A stretch of 64,000 nt of DNA from Candidatus Shapirobacteria bacterium (GCA_041659325.1 JBAZYN010000002.1:206082-270081); one strand, 5' to 3'. Shown: positions 54,681 to 62,832, counted from the stretch's first letter. Numbers and translations are program-made. The notes: generated from the sequence alone by a model not told the origin.

Positions 54681-57383
54681 ATGAATTTTGCTGAAATCGA
54701 GCCAAAATGGTTAAAGTTTTGGAATGAGCATCCGGAGCTTTATAGAGCCACTGAGTCTGAAAGTCTGAAAGCCATGCCTGCCGGCAGGCAGGTCTTAAAG
54801 TCTGAAAGTAAAAAAGATAAAAAATACATTTTGGTGGAGTTTCCGTATCCGAGTGGAAGCGGATTGCATGTTGGTCATGCTTTTAGTTTTACGGCAGCAG
54901 ACATATATGCCAGGTTTAAGAGAATGCAGGGGTATAATGTGATGTTTCCTATGGGGTGGGATGCGTTTGGACTGCCGACTGAGAATTATGCAATAAAGAT
55001 GAAGCGGAAACCACAAGAGATTGCCCGGGAGAATATTGATATGTTTAGGGAGCAGGCGAAGAGGTTGGCGCTTTCTTTTGATTGGGAGAGAGAAGTAAGC
55101 ACGATTGATCCAAATTATTATAAATGGACTCAATGGATTTTTATACAATTATTTAAGAAGGGATTGGCATACAAGAAAGAGATGCCGATTAATTGGTGTC
55201 CTTCATGTAAAATCGGTTTGGCAAATGAAGAAGTAGTGGATGGGAAGTGTGAACGGTGTGGGGCAGAAGTTTCAAGAAGAAATATTTCCCAATGGGTGGT
55301 AAAAATTACTAATTATGCAGACCGACTGCTAGAAGGGTTAAAAAATACCGATTTTATCGATAAAGTAAAACAGGCGCAGATAAACTGGATTGATCGTAAA
55401 GAATGGATCGATATTACTTATCCGATTGAAGGAACGAAAGAAACAGTGACAGTGGCAACGACCAGGCCGGATACAAATTTTGGAGCGACTTTTATTGTGT
55501 TGGCGCCGGAACATGATTTGGTAAGTAAGTTGACAACCGGAATGCTAAAAACGGATCAGGACTTAAAAGAGATAAAGAACTATGTGGTTAAAGCTAAGAG
55601 GAAATCGGAATTAGAAAGGCAGCGGGAAGTAACCGGTAGGGATAAAACGGGGGTGTTTACCGGATTGTATGCAATTAACCACTTAACAAATAAAAAAATG
55701 CCGATTTGGATAACGGATTTTGTATTGGCAACAGTGGGAACGGGGGCGGTGGTTGGAGTGCCGGGACACGATATTCGTGATTTTGAATTTGCCAAGCAAT
55801 TTGGTCTGGAGGTGAAAAGAGTAGTAGTAGGTAAAGATGGTGATAAATCGGAAATAATCAAAAAGGAACAGGTTCAGGAAGAGGAGGGGGAGATGGTCAA
55901 TTCCGGTTTTCTTGACGGACTCGGTATCCATGAGGCAACAAAAAAGGTTATGGATTATTTGGAAGAGAAGGGGTGGGGGAAAAGATCGATCAGATATCAC
56001 TTAAGAGACTGGATATTTTCCAGGCAGCATTATTGGGGAGAGCCAATACCGATGATTTTTTGCGAAAAATGCGCAGAAAATCAAACCCTACCCCCGGCCC
56101 CTTCCCTTGACAGGGCAGGGGAAAAAGAAATTCTCCCTTGTCAAGGGGAGATGGCCGAAGGCCAGAGGGGTTTGAATTGCGGTTGGGTTCCGGTGCCGGA
56201 GGATCAACTGCCAATTAAGTTGCCGGAGGTTGAGGCGTATGAGCCGACTGAGGACGGGAAGAGCCCGTTGTCAAAAATTGAAAGCTTTGTGAAGTGCAAA
56301 TGCCCGGTATGCGGGGGCGAGGCAAAGAGGGAAACGGATACAATGCCAAACTGGGCGGGATCTGACTGGTATTATCTCGCATATTTATTACCTAATATGC
56401 GAGAGTCTGAAAGTCAAAAGTCAAAAGTCGAAAGTAATAAGGGAAATATTTTTATTGAAAATCAAGAGAAACTAAGAGAATGGATGCCGGTTGATATATA
56501 TATTGGCGGGGATGAACACAATACTTTGCATTTGCTGTATTCCCGGTTTATTTACCAGTTTTTATGGGATTTGGGAGTGGTCCCCAAAGAGTATCCGGAG
56601 CCGTATATAAAGCGGGTATCGCATGGGGTGATTTTGGGGCCGGATAATCAGAGGATGAGTAAGTCGAAGGGAAATATAATAGTGCCGGAAAAGGTGTCTG
56701 AGGTATATGGAGTGGATGTGATTAGGTGCTATCTAATGTTTATGGGACCGTTTGATGCAGTAATGGCATGGAATGAAAAAACTTTAATGGGGGTGAAGAG
56801 GTTTTTGGATAGGTTTAGTAAATATATTAATGATCAATTACGAATTACCCACCTCGGCGGGCAGGCGAATTACGAATTAGACATAGTGTCTGCTAGCAAA
56901 GCCGAGGATAAAGTGTTTATCAATAAGATGGTGGCCGGGGTGACAAAGGACTTAGAAGAATTTGGCTATAACACGGCGATAGCGAAGATGATGGAAGGAA
57001 TAAATCAATTACGAATTAATAATTACGAATTACGAATTGAGGAAATAAAAACGTTAATTAAATTAATTGCGCCGTTTGCGCCGTATTTGGGGGAGGAGCT
57101 TTGGAGCATGTGTGGAGAAAAGGGGTCGGTACATGTTTCTGCCTGGCCGGTGGCAGAGGATAAGTATTTGGTTGAGAAGACAATTACAATAGCGGTGGCG
57201 ATTAATGGAAAAGTGAGGGATCAGATAGAAGTCGAAAGTCTAAAAGTCTTAAAGTCTGAAAGTAAAGAAGAAATTATTGCGGAGGCAAAGAAATTGGAAA
57301 AGATTCAAAAGTGGCTGGAAGGAAAGAAGATTATCAGAGAAATATATGTGCCGGGGAAGATGGTTAATTTTGTAGTAGAGTAG
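54681..57383 (+). CDS. leuS: leucyl-tRNA synthetase carrying five in-frame repeat-derived insertions
   Basis: HIGH-class motif PYPSGSGLHVGHAFSFTAADIYARF. KMSKS as RMSKSKGN. Editing and anticodon-binding regions. Inserts at 54754-54812, 56085-56180, 56401-56436, 56836-56879 and 57007-57040/57231-57266. Confidence 0.9.
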   Translation: MNFAEIEPKWLKFWNEHPELYRATESESLKAMPAGRQVLKSESKKDKKYILVEFPYPSGSGLHVGHAFSFTAADIYARFKRMQGYNVMFPMGWDAFGLPTENYAIKMKRKPQEIARENIDMFREQAKRLALSFDWEREVSTIDPNYYKWTQWIFIQLFKKGLAYKKEMPINWCPSCKIGLANEEVVDGKCERCGAEVSRRNISQWVVKITNYADRLLEGLKNTDFIDKVKQAQINWIDRKEWIDITYPIEGTKETVTVATTRPDTNFGATFIVLAPEHDLVSKLTTGMLKTDQDLKEIKNYVVKAKRKSELERQREVTGRDKTGVFTGLYAINHLTNKKMPIWITDFVLATVGTGAVVGVPGHDIRDFEFAKQFGLEVKRVVVGKDGDKSEIIKKEQVQEEEGEMVNSGFLDGLGIHEATKKVMDYLEEKGWGKRSIRYHLRDWIFSRQHYWGEPIPMIFCEKCAENQTLPPAPSLDRAGEKEILPCQGEMAEGQRGLNCGWVPVPEDQLPIKLPEVEAYEPTEDGKSPLSKIESFVKCKCPVCGGEAKRETDTMPNWAGSDWYYLAYLLPNMRESESQKSKVESNKGNIFIENQEKLREWMPVDIYIGGDEHNTLHLLYSRFIYQFLWDLGVVPKEYPEPYIKRVSHGVILGPDNQRMSKSKGNIIVPEKVSEVYGVDVIRCYLMFMGPFDAVMAWNEKTLMGVKRFLDRFSKYINDQLRITHLGGQANYELDIVSASKAEDKVFINKMVAGVTKDLEEFGYNTAIAKMMEGINQLRINNYELRIEEIKTLIKLIAPFAPYLGEELWSMCGEKGSVHVSAWPVAEDKYLVEKTITIAVAINGKVRDQIEVESLKVLKSESKEEIIAEAKKLEKIQKWLEGKKIIREIYVPGKMVNFVVE
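54754..54812. repeat. GTCNAAA repeat + GCCATGCCTGCCGGCAGGCAGGTC palindrome in-frame in leuS (ESESLKAMPAGRQVLKSESKKD)
   Basis: agtctgaaagtctgaaagccatgcctgccggcaggcaggtcttaaagtctgaaagt. Confidence 0.85.
56085..56180. repeat. copy of DUF559-element terminal repeat (CCCTTGTCAAGGGGAG...GAGGGGTTTGA) inserted in-frame in leuS
   Basis: ccttcccttgacagggcagggg...ctcccttgtcaaggggagatggccgaaggccagaggggtttgaattg. It encodes PAPSLDRAGEKEILPCQGEMAEGQRGLNCG, which is absent from E. coli LeuS at this position (recalled from memory). Confidence 0.7.
56401..56436. repeat. GTCNAAA repeat in-frame in leuS (ESESQKSKVESNKG)
   Basis: gagagtctgaaagtcaaaagtcaaaagtcgaaagt. Confidence 0.8.
56836..56879. repeat. ATTACGA repeat (interrupted by cctcggcgggcaggcg) in-frame in leuS
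   Basis: caattacgaattacccacctcggcgggcaggcgaattacgaatt. Confidence 0.75.
57007..57040. repeat. ATTACGA repeat in-frame in leuS (QLRINNYELRIEE)
   Basis: caattacgaattaataattacgaattacgaatt. Confidence 0.85.
57231..57266. repeat. GTCNAAA repeat in-frame in leuS (VESLKVLKSESKEE)
   Basis: gtcgaaagtctaaaagtcttaaagtctgaaagt. Confidence 0.8.
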
Positions 57384-57386
57384 TCT

Positions 57387-57956
57387 ATGGGCGAAGATGA
57401 TGTTGCTGAGATGACTACTCCTGCAGAAGAGATAGATATAAAGGACGTTTATAAGGGGCCGATGATAAATGTAGTGGAGGAAAGCAGGAAAGGTCTGATT
57501 AGTAACCAGAGAGTATCAGAGATGTTGGAGGTATTAGGTAAAGGTGGAGTAGTGATGGTGGAATCCGCCTTCCCTCGATTTGCTATGTATGATAGTGGTA
57601 AATTGGAATTTGGTTTGCCGAAGGAACCGGAAACGGAAGTTGGTGTGATACATGAGTTAGTCCATGCTGAACAGTGGCTCGGGGTTTTTAGGGAAGGTAT
57701 TACTCCCGAACAATTTATGCAATGGCTCGATGGAGATGATTCTGGTATTGCAGAAGTACTCGCTGAAATATCAGCGTATAGAGTTCAGCTAGAACAGCTC
57801 TTTTTTAGAGGGATTGCCGAAGGCGAAATTGTAGAAGAATTACGAAGGAGGGTTGGTTGGGGGGAGGAAATAGTTAGAGAGGCTGGTTATGAGGTTCCGG
57901 AGGATATAAAAAATCCGTATTGTGATTTTATGGGTATAGAACATCTTAATGAATAA
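57387..57956 (+). CDS. hypothetical protein with HExxH zinc-metallopeptidase-like motif; 8-bp overlap with downstream M16 peptidase gene
   Basis: VGVIHELVHAEQW (HELVH). Confidence 0.4.
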   Translation: MGEDDVAEMTTPAEEIDIKDVYKGPMINVVEESRKGLISNQRVSEMLEVLGKGGVVMVESAFPRFAMYDSGKLEFGLPKEPETEVGVIHELVHAEQWLGVFREGITPEQFMQWLDGDDSGIAEVLAEISAYRVQLEQLFFRGIAEGEIVEELRRRVGWGEEIVREAGYEVPEDIKNPYCDFMGIEHLNE

Positions 57957-59193
57957 AAAGTACGAAATTATTAACCTAGATAATGGAATAAGGGCGTTGG
58001 TAGTGCCACTTCGGGGGTTGAAGTCGGTGACGGTGGAGGTGTTTGTAAAGATCGGGTCGAAATATGAAGGCCCGGGTGAACATGGGATGAGCCATTTTTT
58101 GGAACACATGGCTTTTAAGGGAACTATGAAGAGGCCTAGTGCCAGATCTATAGTTAATGAAATTGACAGTCGGGGGGCGGCACACAATGCCGGGACGGGT
58201 CATGAATATACGTCTTACTACATAAAGACGGTACAAGAAAATGTACCATGGGCGTTGGAGCTGTTGGCGGATATTTTGTTTAATTCAAAATTTGATGGTG
58301 AAGAGATAAAAAAGGAGAAGGGGGTGATTGTTGAAGAGATAAGAATGTACAAAGATAATCCGGTAATGGGATTATCTTCGGAATTTGTAAAATTTCTTTA
58401 CGGAAAGTCAAAAATTGGTTGTTGGAACATATCGGGAGAGGAAAAGGATATATCTGTTATTAATAGAGGTACTTTGATTGATTACCGGGAAAGATACATG
58501 ATGCCAGATGATATATTGGTTGTGATTGCGGGGGATGTAGACACGGACTTTAAGGAAACTACAAAATATTTTTCTTCTTTTACAAGTGCATCAGGCGTTG
58601 GTCTACCAAGCATTCAAATAGTGTTGAATGATAATATGAGTATCAGAAAGACACAAGAGACAAATCAGGGTCATTTTTGTGTGGGGGTGCCGACTATTTC
58701 ATGGAGAGATGACAGAAGATACGCGATGAAACTATTAGAGATTATTCTTGGTGGATACAGCTCTTCAAAGCTGCAGCAGAGGATTAGGGAGGATGAGGGA
58801 ATGGCATATTATATTCATTCGATAAGTGATAGTTTTGAGGAAGCAGGATACTTGGCTTTTCAGGCGGGAGTGAGGCCGGAGGTGCTTGATAGGGCGATTG
58901 CGTTGACAATTGAGGAGATGACGGCGGTTGGGGACAGGGTTGATGAAAGTGACTTGGTAAGGGCAAAGGATTACTTGACCGGGAGGATAAGGTTACTGAT
59001 GGATCAAAGTGATTTCTGGTCTGGCTACCTTGGCCAGAAGATGCTCTTGGAGGGGAAAATCATGAGTCCCGAAGAGGAGCTTGCCAAGTACAGATCTGTG
59101 AAAATAGAGGATGTCTACAAGCTTGCCGACCAGTACCTGACAAAAGATCAGGTAAGATTGATAACTGTATCGGGGAATAAAAGTAGAGTATAA
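57949..59193 (+). CDS. M16-family (pitrilysin/insulinase-like) zinc peptidase
   Basis: Inverted zinc motif HFLEHMAFKGT (HxxEH) and the typical M16 N-terminal domain. Confidence 0.8.
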   Translation: MNKKYEIINLDNGIRALVVPLRGLKSVTVEVFVKIGSKYEGPGEHGMSHFLEHMAFKGTMKRPSARSIVNEIDSRGAAHNAGTGHEYTSYYIKTVQENVPWALELLADILFNSKFDGEEIKKEKGVIVEEIRMYKDNPVMGLSSEFVKFLYGKSKIGCWNISGEEKDISVINRGTLIDYRERYMMPDDILVVIAGDVDTDFKETTKYFSSFTSASGVGLPSIQIVLNDNMSIRKTQETNQGHFCVGVPTISWRDDRRYAMKLLEIILGGYSSSKLQQRIREDEGMAYYIHSISDSFEEAGYLAFQAGVRPEVLDRAIALTIEEMTAVGDRVDESDLVRAKDYLTGRIRLLMDQSDFWSGYLGQKMLLEGKIMSPEEELAKYRSVKIEDVYKLADQYLTKDQVRLITVSGNKSRV

Positions 59194-59760
59194 GAATACT
59201 AACAGAGTATTGTAAGTATTTGGAGTATTTTTAGCAAAAAGGTTTTTGACTGCCAGACTAAATATATGAGTAAATAGTGCCTAATGTTTCGGATCTAGTT
59301 GATATGAAGTGGTTGATAGTTTGTGAATATTTTCGGATAATTATTGTTAGTCTAGGACTAATATTGCTTTGTGAACAATGTATATCACTTAAGAACATCG
59401 ATATTTTAGGCTTAGAGAATAATGTTTTGTGAAAATCAAAGCGGTGAAATAAGTGGTTTTGAAGGTAGAGGGAGCCCTTTTTTCAGAAATATAACTAGGG
59501 TGCGGTTATTAGGATGTAGTTAGGGTTTATATGATATATAAAGGTAAGGTTACCAGACACTCCTATTTGCGGATATGAAATTTTACCGAAAATATATTTT
59601 TGAGAGAAAAAGTAGAAGAGAAAGTGCGGGGAATAAGCGGTAAGGTGCGGAGATAGGGGTATAGTAGGTATAAAAGATGCGGTAAAATTGTGAAACGTAA
59701 TATCAGTTTAAGCTGATAAACGTTTCAACAACGTAAGTTCCTGAAAGGAACTGTACGTTG

Positions 59761-59832
59761 TGTCCCCACCGAGAATCGAACTCGGATCTGCTGCTTAGGA
59801 GGCGGCTATTCTATCCATTGAACTATAGGGAC
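59761..59832 (-). tRNA. tRNA-Arg (anticodon CCU); CCA not encoded
   Basis: Hand-folded cloverleaf on the minus strand. Acceptor GUCCCUA/UGGGGAC. T-arm CCGAG-UUCGAUU-CUCGG. Anticodon loop CUCCUAA. One C-A mismatch in the anticodon stem. Confidence 0.55.
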
Positions 59833-59850
59833 GGAGTAAAATAATTATAA

Positions 59851-59876
59851 ATTACGAATTACGAATTACGAATTGG
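59851..59876. repeat. ATTACGA heptad repeat between the two tRNA genes
   Basis: aattacgaattacgaattacgaatt. Confidence 0.85.
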
Positions 59877-59955
59877 TATCGACTAGATTTGTTATTTATT
59901 AAAGTTCTGCAGTGGGTGGTCGCCATCGCTTTGATAAATTTGCTACGGTGACCGA

Positions 59956-60067
59956 TGTCGGGGTTACTGGATTTCCCCCATTCGGGGGATAAACTTCTCA
60001 TCCAGTAACTTGGTCGGGGTTACTGGATTTCCCCCATTCGGGGGATAAACTTCTCATCCAGTAACTT
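59956..60067 (-). repeat. two tandem 56-bp units each starting with a copy of the tRNA-Pro 3' end (gtcggggttactggatt) followed by a hairpin-containing 39-bp tail
   Basis: Units at 59956-60011 and 60012-60067. The third occurrence of the 17-mer (60068-60084) is the genuine 3' end of tRNA-Pro. Confidence 0.7.
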
Positions 60068-60142
60068 GGTCGGGGTTACTGGATTCGAACCAGCAGCCTC
60101 AGCGTCCCGAACGCTGCGCGCTAGCCAATTGCGCCAAACCCC
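60066..60142 (-). tRNA. tRNA-Pro (anticodon CGG) with encoded CCA
   Basis: Minus strand. Acceptor CGGGGUU/AACCCCG (C1-G72, typical of bacterial tRNA-Pro). D-stem GCGC. Anticodon loop UUCGGGA. T-arm GCUGG-UUCGAAU-CCAGU. A73 then CCA. Confidence 0.75.
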
Positions 60143-60484
60143 GATAAGGATTCTCTTATATCTTAATGTACAGGCAAAAAGGGATGGAAAGTTAAGGTTC
60201 TGTCAGAAATTCCCAGAGCCTTTTTGCAAGGACTATTATATCCTATTTGAGGTGTTTTTTCCGATGGTATGTATTTATATAGAAGGAATAGGATAGGAAT
60301 ATATTGATGTGTTAGGCGAAAATGACGAGGTTATAAAATTGGCAAAAGGAGTGGGGCGGTGCTAAAAGATTTATTGTTTTATATTGATGAAAAGTGAGGG
60401 GAAAACATGAGTTTGAGGCAATATGGGTTTTGGTGGAAAAAGAATGAATTGGATATGATAGTAGAAAGGGGTTTTTTGATAATT

Positions 60485-60615
60485 TATATGTCAACAGACC
60501 GGAAAAACTCCAATAATGGTTGCCCAATGGTTTTTTGCCAGAATAAATCCCGTTCCGGCTGTGTCATTTCGGAGAGATGTTTGCCGGTCTCAGCGTCTAT
60601 CTGAATTGAATCGAG
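60485..60615. repeat. degenerate 131-bp copy of the 3' end (last ~44 codons) of gene 62141-62773
   Basis: About 95% identical to 62142-62273 (tatatgtcaacagaccggaaaaac...ctatctgaattgaatcgag). Confidence 0.8.
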
Positions 60616-60632
60616 CATTAACGTAAAGATAT

Positions 60633-61232
60633 CTATAAAATATCAATCTCTTGAGAAAGAGCTAATTGGTCAAGTCCCCAGAAATCACTGGCTTTCGCGC
60701 TAAAATGTATCTTTCCGTCTTCTGACATTCCGGCAGTTCTTAGGCCGACGGTTTCCCCCACGGCATATATTATTTTTTCATCCGGACGAAAATCGCCTAT
60801 CTTAATCCCTTCCGGCGAAGATGACCTGTTGCACGCCATAACCACTTGGACGGGAGGTTCTCCCTTGTCTTCCAGGTATTTATTTACTGCTCTTACGGTT
60901 TCAACCACGGGATATCCGTCTTCTATGGAACTAAACTGCCACTTTCCACCCTCCTCTCTTCCTCCGTGCATAAAAATTACCTGGACGTTTTCTAAAATCA
61001 CCCCTTCTGGGTGTTTTTCGTCGTATAAACTCATTACATCCGCTTTAAAAACATAAGGTGGACCCGATAAATTTCTCATTACTTCTCTGTCAACCGACCT
61101 CGTCTCTCTATTCATGGGAAAACCTCGCCTAATCCATATGTTTCTTTCTAAATCCACACAAACCAAAGTCTCTACCTGAATATCTCTTTCTGTAATTTTG
61201 ATAGGAGTTTCATCGTTCTTACCCATATACAA
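60633..61232 (-). CDS. hypothetical protein (cassette gene 1); higher GC than surroundings
   Basis: 199-aa ORF, no recognisable motif. Lies between the 131-bp direct repeats. Confidence 0.4.
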   Translation of the reverse strand: MYMGKNDETPIKITERDIQVETLVCVDLERNIWIRRGFPMNRETRSVDREVMRNLSGPPYVFKADVMSLYDEKHPEGVILENVQVIFMHGGREEGGKWQFSSIEDGYPVVETVRAVNKYLEDKGEPPVQVVMACNRSSSPEGIKIGDFRPDEKIIYAVGETVGLRTAGMSEDGKIHFSAKASDFWGLDQLALSQEIDIL

Positions 61233-61390
61233 TTATAAACACAATTCAACGACCTGATGTTAAGCCAAAGCACCTTTTATCTATACCAATAGTTCTATAA
61301 TGTTTTCGCCGACGGAAACTGATGTTTTAGCAGCTGCGGGTAGGCACCCCGTGGGTATATCTGGCGGTGTTTGTTTGCCCTGGTTTTCAA

Positions 61391-61981
61391 CTACCCTTTT
61401 GGGGTTTCTAGGCTTGGTCTACTAAGGATGCTTTTCATAATCTCAAACTTTTCATGAGGTTCTGGACCTATAGTACTAACTGTCGGATTTTCCCTTCTTG
61501 ATTCCTCTGCCGCGCTTGCATGTCTTTTATCATCCTCATGTGTTGATTGTAATGCATCACTGAACTTGAGGTTATCGGGATCCCGATTATCAACTGGGGT
61601 GGACAAAAAGGCATCAAGCATTTTGAAGCCTTTTTTGGCAATGTCAACTAATTCAAGTAAACCTGCTTTAGATTCTCCTTCCATAGGCGAGCCTATAAGG
61701 ACAGACCCTTCTTCCCATGGTATTACCGAAAAAGATATTTGGTCATTTTGGCCATCTTCGCCTTCGGGTTGGGGTATAATTCTGGAAGATATATAAACAT
61801 AGGGGGGGCGTTCATGGTGAAGATCATCTCTTTGTAGACCGACACTGACTAGTCTTGCACCGCCTTCGGGCAAAGCTTGATATACTCTTATATCTCCAAT
61901 CCTATCCCTTACGACGGATATGTCAGGATAAGAACGAGTTAGCTCCAGTAGAGATGGGGCGCCCTCGATTTCTCTTTTCAT
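61391..61981 (-). CDS. hypothetical protein (cassette gene 2)
   Basis: 196-aa ORF, acidic C-terminal half, no recognisable domain. Confidence 0.4.
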   Translation of the reverse strand: MKREIEGAPSLLELTRSYPDISVVRDRIGDIRVYQALPEGGARLVSVGLQRDDLHHERPPYVYISSRIIPQPEGEDGQNDQISFSVIPWEEGSVLIGSPMEGESKAGLLELVDIAKKGFKMLDAFLSTPVDNRDPDNLKFSDALQSTHEDDKRHASAAEESRRENPTVSTIGPEPHEKFEIMKSILSRPSLETPKG

Positions 61982-62140
61982 ATACGAAATTCTAACATGT
62001 ACACGTGTCTATTAGCAATAATTTACAGGTAAATTATTCAACCTTGATTATTATAAAACGGGCTTTGGGGTTGTAGGGTAAATTTTTGATTAATTAAAAA
62101 GAAAGATCAAACAATAGTGGATTTAGTAGTTTCGGGATGG

Positions 62141-62773
62141 TTATATGTCAACAGACCGGAAAAACTTCAATAGTGGTTGCCCAATGGTTTTTTGCCAGAA
62201 TAAATCCCGTTCCGGCTGTGTCATTTCAGAGAGATATTTGCCGGATTCGGGGTCTATCTGAATTGAATCGAGGGGATAGCCTTCAACTATTTGTGGGCTG
62301 GGTTGAGCGGTAAAGGTTCTGGGAGATTTTATTGTTGTTTCCCAAGTTTTACCTTCGGGGGTGGCGATACATAGGCCAAATTCCCAATATCCGCCAACTT
62401 CTCCTCCCAACCCAAGTATTAGATCGGAGTAGTATTTAAGCATTTGTTCGTCGGAAGATATATTTGGGTAACCGTTAATTCTCCGGACATTTAATCCCGG
62501 CTGGTTTTCTGGTGGCAGGCCATTAATGTATAAAGCGTTATCCATAGAAAAAACAGGTTCTCCAAGCGTCTTGGCGTAGGCGATGGCCTTTTTGTGGGCA
62601 TTTTCAGCAGCTGTTTTCCCGTTTTCATCGACAGTCGGGAGTAATCCTTTGTCGGTGATTCCTTTTACTATAATGTGAGCCGGAGCAAGGGCACCTTCGA
62701 TTTGTTTAATTTTTGCGTTATTAGTAGTGCCAAAGAGTATTGCTTTCATTTTTTGAGTATAGCAAGGTAGCAA
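62141..62773 (-). CDS. putative Ham1/RdgB-like non-canonical NTP pyrophosphatase (tentative)
   Basis: N-terminal MKAILFGTTNNAKIKQIEG resembles the RdgB N-terminal motif, and C-terminal LSEMTQPERD resembles the RdgB C-terminal motif. Weak. Confidence 0.35.
   Translation of the reverse strand: MLPCYTQKMKAILFGTTNNAKIKQIEGALAPAHIIVKGITDKGLLPTVDENGKTAAENAHKKAIAYAKTLGEPVFSMDNALYINGLPPENQPGLNVRRINGYPNISSDEQMLKYYSDLILGLGGEVGGYWEFGLCIATPEGKTWETTIKSPRTFTAQPSPQIVEGYPLDSIQIDPESGKYLSEMTQPERDLFWQKTIGQPLLKFFRSVDI
62142..62273. repeat. intact copy of the 131-bp repeat (3' end of gene 62141-62773)
   Basis: See the copy at 60485-60615. Confidence 0.8.
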
Positions 62774-62832
62774 GGGGAGAGGCAGGCACTATGTGGACAA
62801 GATAATATTCCTTGTATAATCGGTGTATCTAA

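Noticed and set aside
60407-60604. 65-aa plus-strand ORF
   Set aside because: It lies inside the degenerate copy of the 131-bp gene-3'-end repeat. It is an antisense reading of a gene fragment, not a gene.
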